Assembly: GCA_963667665.2 (NCBI GenBank)
Contig: OY763927.2
Location: forward strand, 1,280,001 to 1,344,000
Direction of reading: 5' to 3'
Source of the DNA: Nitrosopumilus sp.
GTDB lineage: Archaea; Thermoproteota; Nitrososphaeria; Nitrososphaerales; Nitrosopumilaceae
Length of the DNA stretch: 64,000 nucleotides
The translations under genes and the position numbers were made by a program. Below, piece by piece: positions 1 through 9,670 of this stretch (positions within the stretch are counted from its first letter, which is position 1; each line of letters starts with the position of its first letter). Below the pieces are notes generated by a model. It worked only from the letters and a program-made list of their open reading frames with translations, was not told the DNA's origin and did not search any database.

Positions 1-2
1 AC

Positions 3-491
3 AATAGAAGAGTTATTTGTGTTGGCGGTGGAACAGGATTAGCACCATTTATTGCATTTGCACATCATTTCCATGATACTAATGACAAAAGAGAATTGAT
101 TATTTTGCACGGAGCAAGTTACATTGATGAATTAAGTTACAAACGACTTTTAACAGATTTGGAAAATGATAGTAAAAAAAGGGGAAGTGATCAATGGAAC
201 TTTAGATATAGGGCAGCCATCAGTAGACCAAAAGAATACTATAACAGATCTTGGTCTGGCCATGTAGGCAGAGTAGAATCATTTTTCAAGCTTGATAAAA
301 AAACGGGATTATCACCAGTAGATGAAATGGTAGGAGAAGAAATAACGCCAGAGAACACCATAGTATACATTTGTGGTTATCAAGGTACAATTGATGGTGT
401 AATTGACTCTCTTGGTTCAAGAGGTTTTGTTACGGAACACGAGAAAAATCCCGATGGAAGTTTTGGAATAAAGTTTGAATCTTACGGATAG
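3..491 (+). CDS. ferredoxin--NADP+ reductase family protein (5' end outside window)
   Basis: Frame is open from position 3 (NRRVICVGGGTGLAPF). It has the GGTGLAP and YICG motifs and a C-terminal FESYG. Paralogue of 12816..13676. Confidence 0.85.
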   Translation, partial: NRRVICVGGGTGLAPFIAFAHHFHDTNDKRELIILHGASYIDELSYKRLLTDLENDSKKRGSDQWNFRYRAAISRPKEYYNRSWSGHVGRVESFFKLDKKTGLSPVDEMVGEEITPENTIVYICGYQGTIDGVIDSLGSRGFVTEHEKNPDGSFGIKFESYG

Positions 492-601
492 AAAGAATTT
501 CCAAGAAAATAATCATAAATTTAATTTTTATAATTAGAAAAGCAATTTTATTAGATCAGACATACCTGTGGATTTTTATATTGTAGTATTTTTCCTAAAG
601 T

Positions 602-769
602 ATGGCAAAACTCAAGTGTGGAGATTACGGATTTGAATGTGATTTTGTAGCAGAAGGGGAAATGGAAGAGGTCATAGTGAATTTTAGAAAACACACTGAT
701 GAAGAACATGGAATAGACTATTCTAAGGAAGCAGTAATGCAGTTTCTCTTAAGAAAACAAGGAATTTAA
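602..769 (+). CDS. small DUF1059-like protein (55 aa)
   Basis: Read manually: MAKLKCGDYGFECDFVAEGEMEEVIVNFRKHTDEEHGIDYSKEAVMQFLLRKQGI. The CxDxGxxC...H....H pattern fits the family. Below the ORF-track cutoff. Confidence 0.8.
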   Translation: MAKLKCGDYGFECDFVAEGEMEEVIVNFRKHTDEEHGIDYSKEAVMQFLLRKQGI

Positions 770-774
770 GAAAA

Positions 775-1863
775 TTAAGAATCTAATTTTTGCATTGTCA
801 TAGATAAAATAGGCACTTCTTTTGCAATAATTTTTTCAACTGCAGGAACAATGTTTACTCTAGCTTTAACACCTTCTTCATAAATTTCATAAATTTGATC
901 TCTAAACAATAATTTAATTCCTGGAAGTGCTGTAATTCCTTCAGCTACAGTTCTAGGTTCTGACAAATCTAAAATTAGTGTACCTTTTTTCTTTTCTTCC
1001 ATCGCCAAATGGATTCCATCATAAGTGATTAAGAAATAATCACAAGTCGTTGCAACAAAGATAATATCATATTTATCAAAACCAGATAAAGCTTCATTAA
1101 ACTCAATAGGATTTCCTCCCAAGAGTGTTGTAAATCCAGTTGCACGATCAATTGTTCTACTTGTGACATCAAAGTTGATGTCTCTTTTCTTCAAAGTTTT
1201 GGCAACCATAGCAGCTTGCTCACCAGTACCAATAAGTAATACTTTTTTCTTGGCATCAAGTCCTGCTTTTTCATCTACTAGTTTTATTGCAACATCACCA
1301 AGAGAAACAACATCTTTTGCAATTCCTGTGGTATCTCGCATTCTTAGAGATAATCTAATTACGCTTTCAAATAATTTATTAAGAATTTTGCCAGATACGC
1401 CTGCACTCTTTGCCTTAGCGAATGACAAAACAATCTCATCAAATATTTCTTGTTTTCCAATAACTGGAGAATCCAATCCAGATGCTAAACGTAATAGATG
1501 AAGATAAACATCATCGCCTTTGTATACTTCAAGAGTTTGATCAAAATGATCAATATCATTCTGGTTTAATGTAGACAAAGGTATCCAAGTATCTTTGATT
1601 TGATTTAACACAAGAGTTTTTCCTTCAGCTCTTCTTGCATCTGGAGAATCAGAAGTTTCAACATTGCTTACTAAAAAGATTTCAACTCTACTTGCTGTTT
1701 GAATAATTACACATTCATCAACACCAGAAATTTTTTTGAATTCTTCAGATGCTGCAATTACATCTTTGAAATTAAATTTTGATAGCATATGTAGAGGAAC
1801 ATTTTTGAAAGTGACTCTTGCATTCATTACATCAAAACTTACTTTACCCAAATCATTCACCAT
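775..1863 (-). CDS. glutamyl-tRNA reductase (HemA)-like protein with degenerate active site
   Basis: HLLRLASGLDS, IGTGE Rossmann and DLSEPR motifs are present. The canonical TCNR is replaced by TASR, and there is no C-terminal dimerisation domain. Confidence 0.8.
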   Translation of the reverse strand: MVNDLGKVSFDVMNARVTFKNVPLHMLSKFNFKDVIAASEEFKKISGVDECVIIQTASRVEIFLVSNVETSDSPDARRAEGKTLVLNQIKDTWIPLSTLNQNDIDHFDQTLEVYKGDDVYLHLLRLASGLDSPVIGKQEIFDEIVLSFAKAKSAGVSGKILNKLFESVIRLSLRMRDTTGIAKDVVSLGDVAIKLVDEKAGLDAKKKVLLIGTGEQAAMVAKTLKKRDINFDVTSRTIDRATGFTTLLGGNPIEFNEALSGFDKYDIIFVATTCDYFLITYDGIHLAMEEKKKGTLILDLSEPRTVAEGITALPGIKLLFRDQIYEIYEEGVKARVNIVPAVEKIIAKEVPILSMTMQKLDS

Positions 1864-2573
1864 TAAGATTTTATCTTGTCCCGTCCGCCTTTTGCAGTTC
1901 TGAAAACATTCATTCCGATGTAGAAATTTTCATGTAATGACTTTAAGTAAGTAATATCATTTTTAGCATTTTTGATTTGTTTTTCAGTAGCTTCTGGATC
2001 ATTTTTTAATTTTTCAAGTATTTGTTTAGATTCTTCTATAAATGTATCAACTGCTTTTTCATAATTTGAAACACCACCAAACTCTGGACTAAGAACATGT
2101 TCAGGAACATAATTAGGAGTTACATCTTGGAACCTCTCAGCTTCTCTTGTTATAGATTCCTGTTCTTCTGCTGAAAGAATTGGTCGTGGGAATCGATCTT
2201 TCTTATCTAACCAAAATTCTGGTTCACCCATCTCTCGTCTAAAGATTTCTTCGCCTTGTCTCTTGAATGTATAATCAGGACCCTTTACTGCATCTTCTTT
2301 TACTTCATCGGCAATTGCCTTGTATTCTGCTTCTGCTGCAGATTCTGCTTTATCTTTTGCAGCTGCTGCTTTTGCAATAGCTTTTTGTGCTGCAATTTCT
2401 GCTTTTTCAGCTGCTTTTGCTGCTGCATCAGCTTTACTTGTAGCATCTACTGCCACTTTGGCTTCTTTTGCAGCTTTAGTTTTTGCAACTTTTTCTGTAG
2501 ATGATTTATCTGATGCTGTATCTTCTGAAGGTTTTGCGTCTACTTCGGATTCCTTTTTCTCCTCAGACATCAA
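1863..2573 (-). CDS. hypothetical protein, Ala/Lys-rich N-terminus
   Basis: 236-aa ORF. Its stop overlaps the start of the hemA-like gene (TAATG). Confidence 0.7.
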   Translation of the reverse strand: MMSEEKKESEVDAKPSEDTASDKSSTEKVAKTKAAKEAKVAVDATSKADAAAKAAEKAEIAAQKAIAKAAAAKDKAESAAEAEYKAIADEVKEDAVKGPDYTFKRQGEEIFRREMGEPEFWLDKKDRFPRPILSAEEQESITREAERFQDVTPNYVPEHVLSPEFGGVSNYEKAVDTFIEESKQILEKLKNDPEATEKQIKNAKNDITYLKSLHENFYIGMNVFRTAKGGRDKIKS

Positions 2574-2713
2574 AATTTACTGAAGTTGCCTGAATTTTAA
2601 GATTCTTGTATGAAAAATCGTTGATCATTTCTTTTTTGATTATTAATATCTGTAAATATAATTCTGATCGATTGTTAAAGGATTTTCAGATAAATTAGAT
2701 TTTATAAAAATTA

Positions 2714-2791
2714 TGGCGCCCTCGGCGGGATTTGAACACGCGTCTCAGCCGTGACAGGGCCGAATTCTAGACCGGGCTATACTACAAGGGC
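2714..2791 (-). tRNA. tRNA-Asp (GTC), encoded CCA
   Basis: Acceptor GCCCTTG/CGAGGGC, anticodon arm CGGCC-CT-GTC-AC-GGCTG, T-loop TTCAAAT. Confidence 0.93.
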
Positions 2792-2887
2792 ACAAATACT
2801 TTGAATCAAATTGCCAGATTAAAAGTTTCTGTCACGATAAAAAATTTTGTAAAAGTCTAAATTATACACGTAAAGCATTTTTCATGA

Positions 2888-2961
2888 GGGTCTATGGCGC
2901 AGCCAGGTAGCGCACCGGACTTTTAATCCGGTTGTCGAGGGTCCGAATCCCTCTAGACCCG
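2888..2961 (+). tRNA. tRNA-Lys (TTT)
   Basis: Acceptor GGGTCTA/TAGACCC, anticodon arm CCGGA-CT-TTT-AA-TCCGG. Confidence 0.93.
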
Positions 2962-2980
2962 CTACTTTTCTTTCTTTTAT

Positions 2981-4441
2981 TTATTGAATTAATTCTTTAA
3001 CTTGTTTTTCCAAGTTTTCAATAGATGAATTGATTTCATTTTCCCTGTTAGTTATAGTGGTTCTATAGTTATTGATCATTTCAATTCTATCAGAAATCAT
3101 TCTTTTCTGTTCATCAAATCCAGAGGAACCAAATGATTTTCTGTCCTTTAGAGAAGAGACAACAGTAACAGAAGAGACAATTTTTGAAACAATTTTGGGA
3201 TCAACTTTAGTATCAACTACAGATTTTTTTATTTCTGGTAAAGTCAATTTGGAAATAGGTTTTTTTGATTGATGTGCTAATTGAACCAAAATACCTGTAA
3301 TTTTATGTGTAACTCTAAATGGAATTCCCTCTTGAACTAATTTTTCAGCAATATCTAATGCAATAAGATTACTTGACTCTGTAATTTTTTTCATTTGTTT
3401 TTCATTTACGTTCAAAGTGAGAAGTATTGATTTTAGAATTAATAGTGAACTGATGGATATTTTTGATGTTGACCAAATAGATGATTTTATTTGTTGTAAA
3501 TCACGTCCATAGCCAGATGCTAGTCCTTTGATAGTAGTTAGAATTGCAGTTAGGTTTCCAATAACTTGAGCAGTTTTACCTCGTGTCAATTCTAAAATAT
3601 CTGGATTTTTCTTTTGAGGCATTACGCTTGAAGGAGACGTAAATTCATCAGCAAGTTCAATAAAAGAAAATTCAGATGTAGACCAGAGGATAAAATCTTC
3701 AGATATCTTACTTAGATTAGTCATCAAAATTGAAACCATTGCAACATATTCTGCTACAAAATCACGCGTACTTGTAGCATCAATTGAATTCTCAACAAGA
3801 CCATCAAAACCCAACATCTTTGCAGTGCTATGTCTATCAATTTGGATACTTGTTCCACCAACAGGTCCTGCGCCAAGTGGACTTTGGTTTACTCGTTCAA
3901 ATGTTCCATAAAGTCGTTGGAAATCTCTAGACAAAACATCTGCATGTGCCAAAAGGTAATGAGAAAATAAACCAGCTTGAGCTTGTTGAAGGTGAGTATA
4001 AAGTGGCATTATTGTTTTTTGATGATTTTTAGCCACAGAAACTAGAGCTTCAATGGCATCTAGAAGGCAATTACAAATAATGTTGATATCATCTCTAATT
4101 TTCATTCTAATATCTAATGCAACTTGATCATTACGCGACCTTGCAGTATGCATTTTTCCTCCACTTGCCATTCCAGCCTTTTTGATAACAAGTGATTCAA
4201 TTAATTCATGGATATCCTCTGCTCCAGATGATGAATCAAATTTTTCTTTTTTCAAATTCTCTAATGCCGACAAGATCTTTTTTGCATCATTTTTTGTTAT
4301 GATGTTATTTTGAAATAACATTAAAGTATGAGCTTGACTTCCAAGAATATCATAAAGTGCAATTTCAAAATCATCATTTATTGAGGAAATATAATCTAAA
4401 GTAATATCACTCAAATCATTTCCAAGACGTGAACGATACAT
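2981..4441 (-). CDS. argH: argininosuccinate lyase
   Basis: HTARSRNDQ, YTHLQQAQ and SSVMPQKKNPD motifs. Start moved to ATG 4441 (MYRSRL). Confidence 0.95.
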   Translation of the reverse strand: MYRSRLGNDLSDITLDYISSINDDFEIALYDILGSQAHTLMLFQNNIITKNDAKKILSALENLKKEKFDSSSGAEDIHELIESLVIKKAGMASGGKMHTARSRNDQVALDIRMKIRDDINIICNCLLDAIEALVSVAKNHQKTIMPLYTHLQQAQAGLFSHYLLAHADVLSRDFQRLYGTFERVNQSPLGAGPVGGTSIQIDRHSTAKMLGFDGLVENSIDATSTRDFVAEYVAMVSILMTNLSKISEDFILWSTSEFSFIELADEFTSPSSVMPQKKNPDILELTRGKTAQVIGNLTAILTTIKGLASGYGRDLQQIKSSIWSTSKISISSLLILKSILLTLNVNEKQMKKITESSNLIALDIAEKLVQEGIPFRVTHKITGILVQLAHQSKKPISKLTLPEIKKSVVDTKVDPKIVSKIVSSVTVVSSLKDRKSFGSSGFDEQKRMISDRIEMINNYRTTITNRENEINSSIENLEKQVKELIQ

Positions 4442-4491
4442 CACATAAGATTTTAGAATGGTTATATATAGCATCGACGCTTTTGCCAAAC

Positions 4492-4815
4492 ATGAGTCAA
4501 GATATCAAATTGCTTCGAGTAAAAATCTTCGATGAGTTATCTAAGATTGTGGATCCAGAAATCAATACATCAATTGTTGAATTAGAGTTGATTGATGAAG
4601 TTGATATCAATAATAGTAATGTTAAAGTTGATTTGCATCTTACTAGTCCATTCTGTCCAGCAGTTTTTGGTTTTAAGATTTGCCAAGATGTGCACGATTA
4701 TCTTTTGAAGGTAGATGGAGTAGATGATGTCAAAGTAAATGTTTCAAATCACTTTATGGCAGAACAAATTAACAATCAGGTAAACAATAGCCCAAACCCA
4801 AAAAAACTAGGTTAA
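4492..4815 (+). CDS. DUF59 / Fe-S cluster assembly (PaaD/SufT-like) protein
   Basis: DPEIN.SIVELELI and LTSPFCP motifs. Start at ATG 4492. Confidence 0.88.
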   Translation: MSQDIKLLRVKIFDELSKIVDPEINTSIVELELIDEVDINNSNVKVDLHLTSPFCPAVFGFKICQDVHDYLLKVDGVDDVKVNVSNHFMAEQINNQVNNSPNPKKLG

Positions 4816-5579
4816 CTTCTAAATCCTAACAAATAGCCTCGAAGTAGTTGTATTCCCATTGCAGGATCAACTCCTTTTGGACATACTTGACTACAAGAAC
4901 CAGCAAAGTGACATCTCCAAATACCATGAGATTCATCAATTATCTTAAGTCTGGAATCTTTTCCCTTATCTCTGCTATCAGCAACATATCGATATGCTTG
5001 AGCTAATGCTTGTGGTCCAACAAATGAAGAATCTGTTGCCATGGTAGGGCATGCAGAATTACATAAACCACATTTGATACAATTAGCAAATTGTATGTAT
5101 TGTTCTACTTCTTCAGGAGTTTGTAAGAATTCTTTTTCATCAGATTCTATTTCTGAATCATCTCGTATTAGATATGGTTTGATTTTATGATGAGATTCAA
5201 ACAATTTTTCAAACTTTACTGCCAAATCACGAATAATTGGAAAATTACTCATAGGTTCAACTGTAATTACATCAGAGTTTAATTCAGTAATTTTTGTAAA
5301 ACATGCAAGTTTTGGTTTTCCGTTGATCATCATTCCACACGAACCACATGAAGCTTGTCTACAAGAATATCGAACTGCTACTGAATGATCAAAATGTTTT
5401 TTGACCTCAAGAATTGCATCTAGAACAGTTGTCCATTTTTCATATGGAACAGAAAACTCCATAAATCCACTTGTTTCATCGTATGCTGGATTATATCGTG
5501 AAATTCTAAGTGTAATTGATTTTGAAGAAGATAATGGCGTTGATGTTTGTTCTTCTGCAATACTAGATACCTGTGCCAT
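4812..5579 (-). CDS. sdhB: succinate dehydrogenase iron-sulfur subunit
   Basis: SCRQASCGSCG, CIKCGLCNSACP and CHFAGSCSQVCPKG cluster motifs. Confidence 0.95.
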   Translation of the reverse strand: MAQVSSIAEEQTSTPLSSSKSITLRISRYNPAYDETSGFMEFSVPYEKWTTVLDAILEVKKHFDHSVAVRYSCRQASCGSCGMMINGKPKLACFTKITELNSDVITVEPMSNFPIIRDLAVKFEKLFESHHKIKPYLIRDDSEIESDEKEFLQTPEEVEQYIQFANCIKCGLCNSACPTMATDSSFVGPQALAQAYRYVADSRDKGKDSRLKIIDESHGIWRCHFAGSCSQVCPKGVDPAMGIQLLRGYLLGFRS

Positions 5580-5581
5580 TT

Positions 5582-5926
5582 CTATACCATCCCCATGTTA
5601 GTAACAATTATTGTTCTTGAACCATATGCTATTAATCCAACCATTGCAGCAATACAACCATAAGAGACAGCTTTTTCGTAAGTTTTCCCTTGTTTTAATT
5701 CCAATAAAATAACTCTAAGTCCATTAAATCCATGAATTGAAAGCAAGACAAGTATCAATTCCAACATTATAGCATATGGAACGAATTTGTAGTTAGCAAG
5801 AACACTTTCAAATTCTAAGGATTCTGCAAATCCCTGCGTAAGACGCATCAAAACATGAACTGCTACTAGTGCTACTGCTGCAATTGCAGTTCCATAGTGA
5901 ATTTTCATGATTGTACTTTCTCTCAT
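5582..5926 (-). CDS. sdhD: succinate dehydrogenase membrane anchor subunit
   Basis: Three TM helices, HGFNGLR, operon position. Confidence 0.8.
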   Translation of the reverse strand: MRESTIMKIHYGTAIAAVALVAVHVLMRLTQGFAESLEFESVLANYKFVPYAIMLELILVLLSIHGFNGLRVILLELKQGKTYEKAVSYGCIAAMVGLIAYGSRTIIVTNMGMV

Positions 5927-5927
5927 C

Positions 5928-6359
5928 TTATTCACCAAACATTACTGCCATTCCATACATCATTGCAACTGCGGCAAGAACAATTGCAGAATAGATTCCT
6001 ATCTTGTGTCTGTAGTTTTGTGATGCTGGATCATATGGGTAATCAGGTCTAGCAGGTTTTCCTACACCAACTCCTCCATGACCTAACATCACTCTAACTC
6101 CATTAACAGTATGAAATACACACATTCCAATTACAATTGCTAAAACAGCATGTCCTTCAGTAGATGATGTCATTTCCATTAACTCATCCCATCCAACTTG
6201 TCCCCTCAGAATATTACTTGTTTCATAAATGTGAGCTATAAAATATGCCAATAATCCTAATCCACTTAATCGCATTAACAAATATGCAACTCGTTCTATG
6301 CCATAGCGACGAGGATTTATCATTCCTCCAACGCCTTCTTTGTGTTCGTCGGAAGTCAT
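5928..6359 (-). CDS. sdhC: succinate dehydrogenase cytochrome b subunit
   Basis: RLSGL...H and FHTVNGVR motifs, operon position. Confidence 0.82.
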   Translation of the reverse strand: MTSDEHKEGVGGMINPRRYGIERVAYLLMRLSGLGLLAYFIAHIYETSNILRGQVGWDELMEMTSSTEGHAVLAIVIGMCVFHTVNGVRVMLGHGGVGVGKPARPDYPYDPASQNYRHKIGIYSAIVLAAVAMMYGMAVMFGE

Positions 6360-8072
6360 CTAATATTTTCTCTCCACTGGCTTGTACTTAGTAATTGTTA
6401 CTGGAAATTTTTTCATGATTGGTTCATTTGGATCATAGTAGGCAAGTGTATGATGTAAAAAGTTTACATCATCACGTTTAGTATAATCAGTTCTAGCGTG
6501 TGCACCACGAGATTCTTTTCGATTAATTGCACCAATCAACACAATCTCTGCTACTCTAAACATAGAATCAAGTTCCATGACATTTGAAAAGTTAGTGTTA
6601 TACTCTTTTGCTTTATCATCAACATGTTTCCAAGTCTGCACTTTTAGTTCACGAATCTTTTTGAGACCTGCAACTAGATCAGTTTCATTTCTGTAAACAT
6701 ATGCCTTTTCATTCATAGTGTCAGTAAGTTGTTGTCTAATTTCATATGGATTTGCATCACCATTTCCTCTAAAGATTCCATCATAGATTCTCGTCTCTTC
6801 GGCTGTAACCAAATGATGAGGCCAAGGAATTGATGGGATGCCCTTTTGGATGTACTCAACTGCTAATTCTCCTGTAATTTTACCCCAAACAAGGCATTCA
6901 GAGGTAGAATTTGCGCCTAATCGATTTGAGCCATGAGCACTATTACATGCAGCCTCGCCAGCAGCCCAAACACCTAGCATTTCTGTTGCTCCTTGAATAT
7001 CAGTATGTATTCCGCCCATCATATAATGACAAACAGGTCTAATGTCAAGTAAGTCTTCGGCAGGATCAATACCAGAAAATTTGATAGAGATTTCTCTTAT
7101 TCCACCTAATTTTTCTTTAATTTTTTCATCTCCGATATGTCTTAAATCAAGTTTCATACAATCAACTCCAGTTTCATGTTTGAATCCTCGACCTTCTTGA
7201 ATTTCCGTTATAATTGATCTTGAAACAATGTCACGTGGAGCTAATTCCATTGTACTTTCAGCATAATTTTTCATAAATCGTTCACCTTTGTTGTTAAGAA
7301 GATAAGCACCCTCTCCTCTTGCACCTTCTGTGATCAAAATTCCAGATGGTAAAATTCCTGTTGGATGAAATTGCACAAACTCCATGTCTTTGAGTGCCAT
7401 ACCTGCACGGTATCCCATATCCAAACCATCTGGAGTTGATGACAATGAATAAGTTGAAAAACTATACAATCGTCCAGCACCGCCAGTCGCAATGATAAGA
7501 GCTTTACCTTTGATTATGTAAAATGTGCCAGAAGATAATTCTATTGCAGTAAGTCCCATGAATCTTTTTCCATCATGAATGATTGATGTTGCAAACCATT
7601 CGTTAAGATATTCAATATTTTCGTATTTTTGACATGTGTCATACAAGGTCTGCATTTCAAAGAAACCAACTTTATCTGATGCATAAGTTGCTCTTGGAAA
7701 ACTATAACCACCAAAATTTCTTTGATCAATTTTACCATCATCTTTTCTAGACCATGGCATTCCCCAATGTTCTAATTGGTAGATTTCTTTTGGCATTTCT
7801 ACACAGAGTTTTTCTGCAACATCTTGGTCTGCAAGAAAGTCGCTTCCTTTCACAGTATCATAAATATGGGATTCAATAGTATCACCTGCTTCTTCACAAA
7901 TTACTGCTGCAGTACCTCCTTCTGCAGATACAGAATGAGAACGCATTACTTGTAATTTTGAAACAATGCCGATTTTCAGATTTGGTCCCTTTTTTGTAGC
8001 TGCTATTGCAGCTCTCAAACCAGCAAGACCAGAACCACAGATTATCAAATCAAATTCGATAGAATCAACCAT
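6360..8072 (-). CDS. sdhA: succinate dehydrogenase flavoprotein subunit
   Basis: GSGLAG, RSHSVSAEGG, QFHPTG, HYMMGG and HGSNRLGANS motifs. Confidence 0.96.
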   Translation of the reverse strand: MVDSIEFDLIICGSGLAGLRAAIAATKKGPNLKIGIVSKLQVMRSHSVSAEGGTAAVICEEAGDTIESHIYDTVKGSDFLADQDVAEKLCVEMPKEIYQLEHWGMPWSRKDDGKIDQRNFGGYSFPRATYASDKVGFFEMQTLYDTCQKYENIEYLNEWFATSIIHDGKRFMGLTAIELSSGTFYIIKGKALIIATGGAGRLYSFSTYSLSSTPDGLDMGYRAGMALKDMEFVQFHPTGILPSGILITEGARGEGAYLLNNKGERFMKNYAESTMELAPRDIVSRSIITEIQEGRGFKHETGVDCMKLDLRHIGDEKIKEKLGGIREISIKFSGIDPAEDLLDIRPVCHYMMGGIHTDIQGATEMLGVWAAGEAACNSAHGSNRLGANSTSECLVWGKITGELAVEYIQKGIPSIPWPHHLVTAEETRIYDGIFRGNGDANPYEIRQQLTDTMNEKAYVYRNETDLVAGLKKIRELKVQTWKHVDDKAKEYNTNFSNVMELDSMFRVAEIVLIGAINRKESRGAHARTDYTKRDDVNFLHHTLAYYDPNEPIMKKFPVTITKYKPVERKY

Positions 8073-8145
8073 TTTTCAGACAAACTTGCTTTGAGTGGGA
8101 TAAATATGTAGTAATTGATAGGCGTGATCCAAAATACTAAAATAT

Positions 8146-8169
8146 ATCACTAGTGATATCACTAGTGAT
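8146..8169. promoter_or_regulatory. double palindrome (ATCACTAGTGAT)x2, candidate operator
   Basis: Two abutting perfect 12-bp palindromes overlap the PadR start codon in the divergent sdhA/padR intergenic region. Confidence 0.55.
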
Positions 8170-8677
8170 GATTTCGGAATGGTTTCAGAGAGTAGGAAGT
8201 TCAATTCCAAGAGGATTTTCAAGATATTTCATTTTAGAGTTATTGAAAAAGAAAACACACACTGGAAAAGAGATCATCGATTATGCAGTTAAACAAAGTA
8301 ATGGAATTTGGAAACCATCACCAGGATTGATCTATCCATTGTTAGGTAGATTACTAGATGAAGGATTAATTGAAGAAGCCAAAGACGGAAAATATCAATT
8401 AACAAAGAAAGGGAAGGAAACAGCAGATGATGTAGATAAGATAAACGATATTGTTAGAAAGCAATTAGAGGTTTTATTTAGACTAAGTAATGTAGGAAAA
8501 TTTGTTGCTATTGATCTATTAGAAAAGATTTCATCAATGGGATCTATTCTTAGTTCAAATTTTGCCCATATGACTGATGAAGAAACCAAGAAATACAAAC
8601 ATTTTCTTGAATCAGAATTAAAGAAAATTCAAGAAAAAGAAGTAAAGAAAAAAGGCAAAGAAATAAAGATCGAATAG
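8168..8677 (+). CDS. PadR-family transcriptional regulator
   Basis: WKPSPGLIYPLLGRL and YQLTKKG winged-helix motifs. Confidence 0.9.
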   Translation: MISEWFQRVGSSIPRGFSRYFILELLKKKTHTGKEIIDYAVKQSNGIWKPSPGLIYPLLGRLLDEGLIEEAKDGKYQLTKKGKETADDVDKINDIVRKQLEVLFRLSNVGKFVAIDLLEKISSMGSILSSNFAHMTDEETKKYKHFLESELKKIQEKEVKKKGKEIKIE

Positions 8678-8778
8678 CAATAATAGAAAAATTATTTTAA
8701 GTTTCAAAGAATCAAATTGAAATGGTATTAGATAATTTTTGATTAAAATCATAAATAATTCAGAGAAAGAACACCATT

Positions 8779-9645
8779 ATGAAAAATTTGAGAAATATGT
8801 TAAAATCAAAAAAACCACTTGTCATTCCAGGAGTTTATGATGCATTAGGAGCAAAAATTGCCCAAAAAGTCGGATTTGAGGCAATGTTCCAAACAGGTTA
8901 TGGAACATCTGCAACTCTATTTGGAATGCCAGATTATGGATTTATCGGAGCTGCTGAAACAGTAGATAATGCAAGACGCATATGCAGAGCAGTTTCAGTA
9001 CCTGTAATTGTAGATTCAGATACAGGATATGGAAATGCTTTGAGTGTATGGAAAATAGTTAAGGAATTAGAATCAGCAGGAGCTGCAGGAATTTTTCTTG
9101 AAGATCAAAGATGGCCAAAAAGATGTGGACATATGCAAGGAAAAGAAGTAATTCCACAAGAGGAATATACTGAAAAATTATCAGCCGCACTTGACGCAAG
9201 AGAAAGCAAAGATTTCATAATTGTTGCAAGAACAGATGCAAGAGCTACTGAAGGATTAGATGCTGCTATTGAGCGTGGAAAGCAAAATAAGAAAACAGGA
9301 GCAAACGCGATATTTGTTGAAGCCCCAAGATCATTAGAAGAGATGAAAAAGATTGGAAAGGAGATCAATGCGCCATTAGTTGCAAACATGATTGAAGGAG
9401 GAGTTACTCCATTGAGTTCAGCTGAAACATTAAACAAGATGGGATTTAAAATAATTCTTTATCCACTATCTGTTTTGTATGCTAACTCATTTGCAACCAT
9501 GAATATTCTAAAAGAATTAAAGAAATCAGGTAACACTACAAAATACAAACATAAAGTTGTGAATTTTGATCAGTTTAATGATCTAGTTGAACTTCCAAAG
9601 TTCAGAAAGATGGAAAAGAAGTTCAAATTTTCAAAAAGAAAATAA
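8779..9645 (+). CDS. isocitrate lyase/PEP mutase family enzyme (methylisocitrate lyase-like)
   Basis: DSDTGYG, LEDQ.WPKRCGH and IVARTDAR motifs. Confidence 0.88.
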   Translation: MKNLRNMLKSKKPLVIPGVYDALGAKIAQKVGFEAMFQTGYGTSATLFGMPDYGFIGAAETVDNARRICRAVSVPVIVDSDTGYGNALSVWKIVKELESAGAAGIFLEDQRWPKRCGHMQGKEVIPQEEYTEKLSAALDARESKDFIIVARTDARATEGLDAAIERGKQNKKTGANAIFVEAPRSLEEMKKIGKEINAPLVANMIEGGVTPLSSAETLNKMGFKIILYPLSVLYANSFATMNILKELKKSGNTTKYKHKVVNFDQFNDLVELPKFRKMEKKFKFSKRK

Positions 9646-9670
9646 AAGAAAAATTTCAAGTAAAGCGCAG

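Noticed and set aside
2256-2583. Cys/Phe-rich and Ala-rich plus-strand ORFs
   Set aside because: Antisense shadows of the Ala/Lys-rich gene at 1863..2573. The same applies to most short antisense ORFs in the track.
2725-2741. T:C mismatch in the tRNA-Asp T-stem as pseudogenisation
   Set aside because: A single mismatch with all other arms and CCA intact is not enough evidence.
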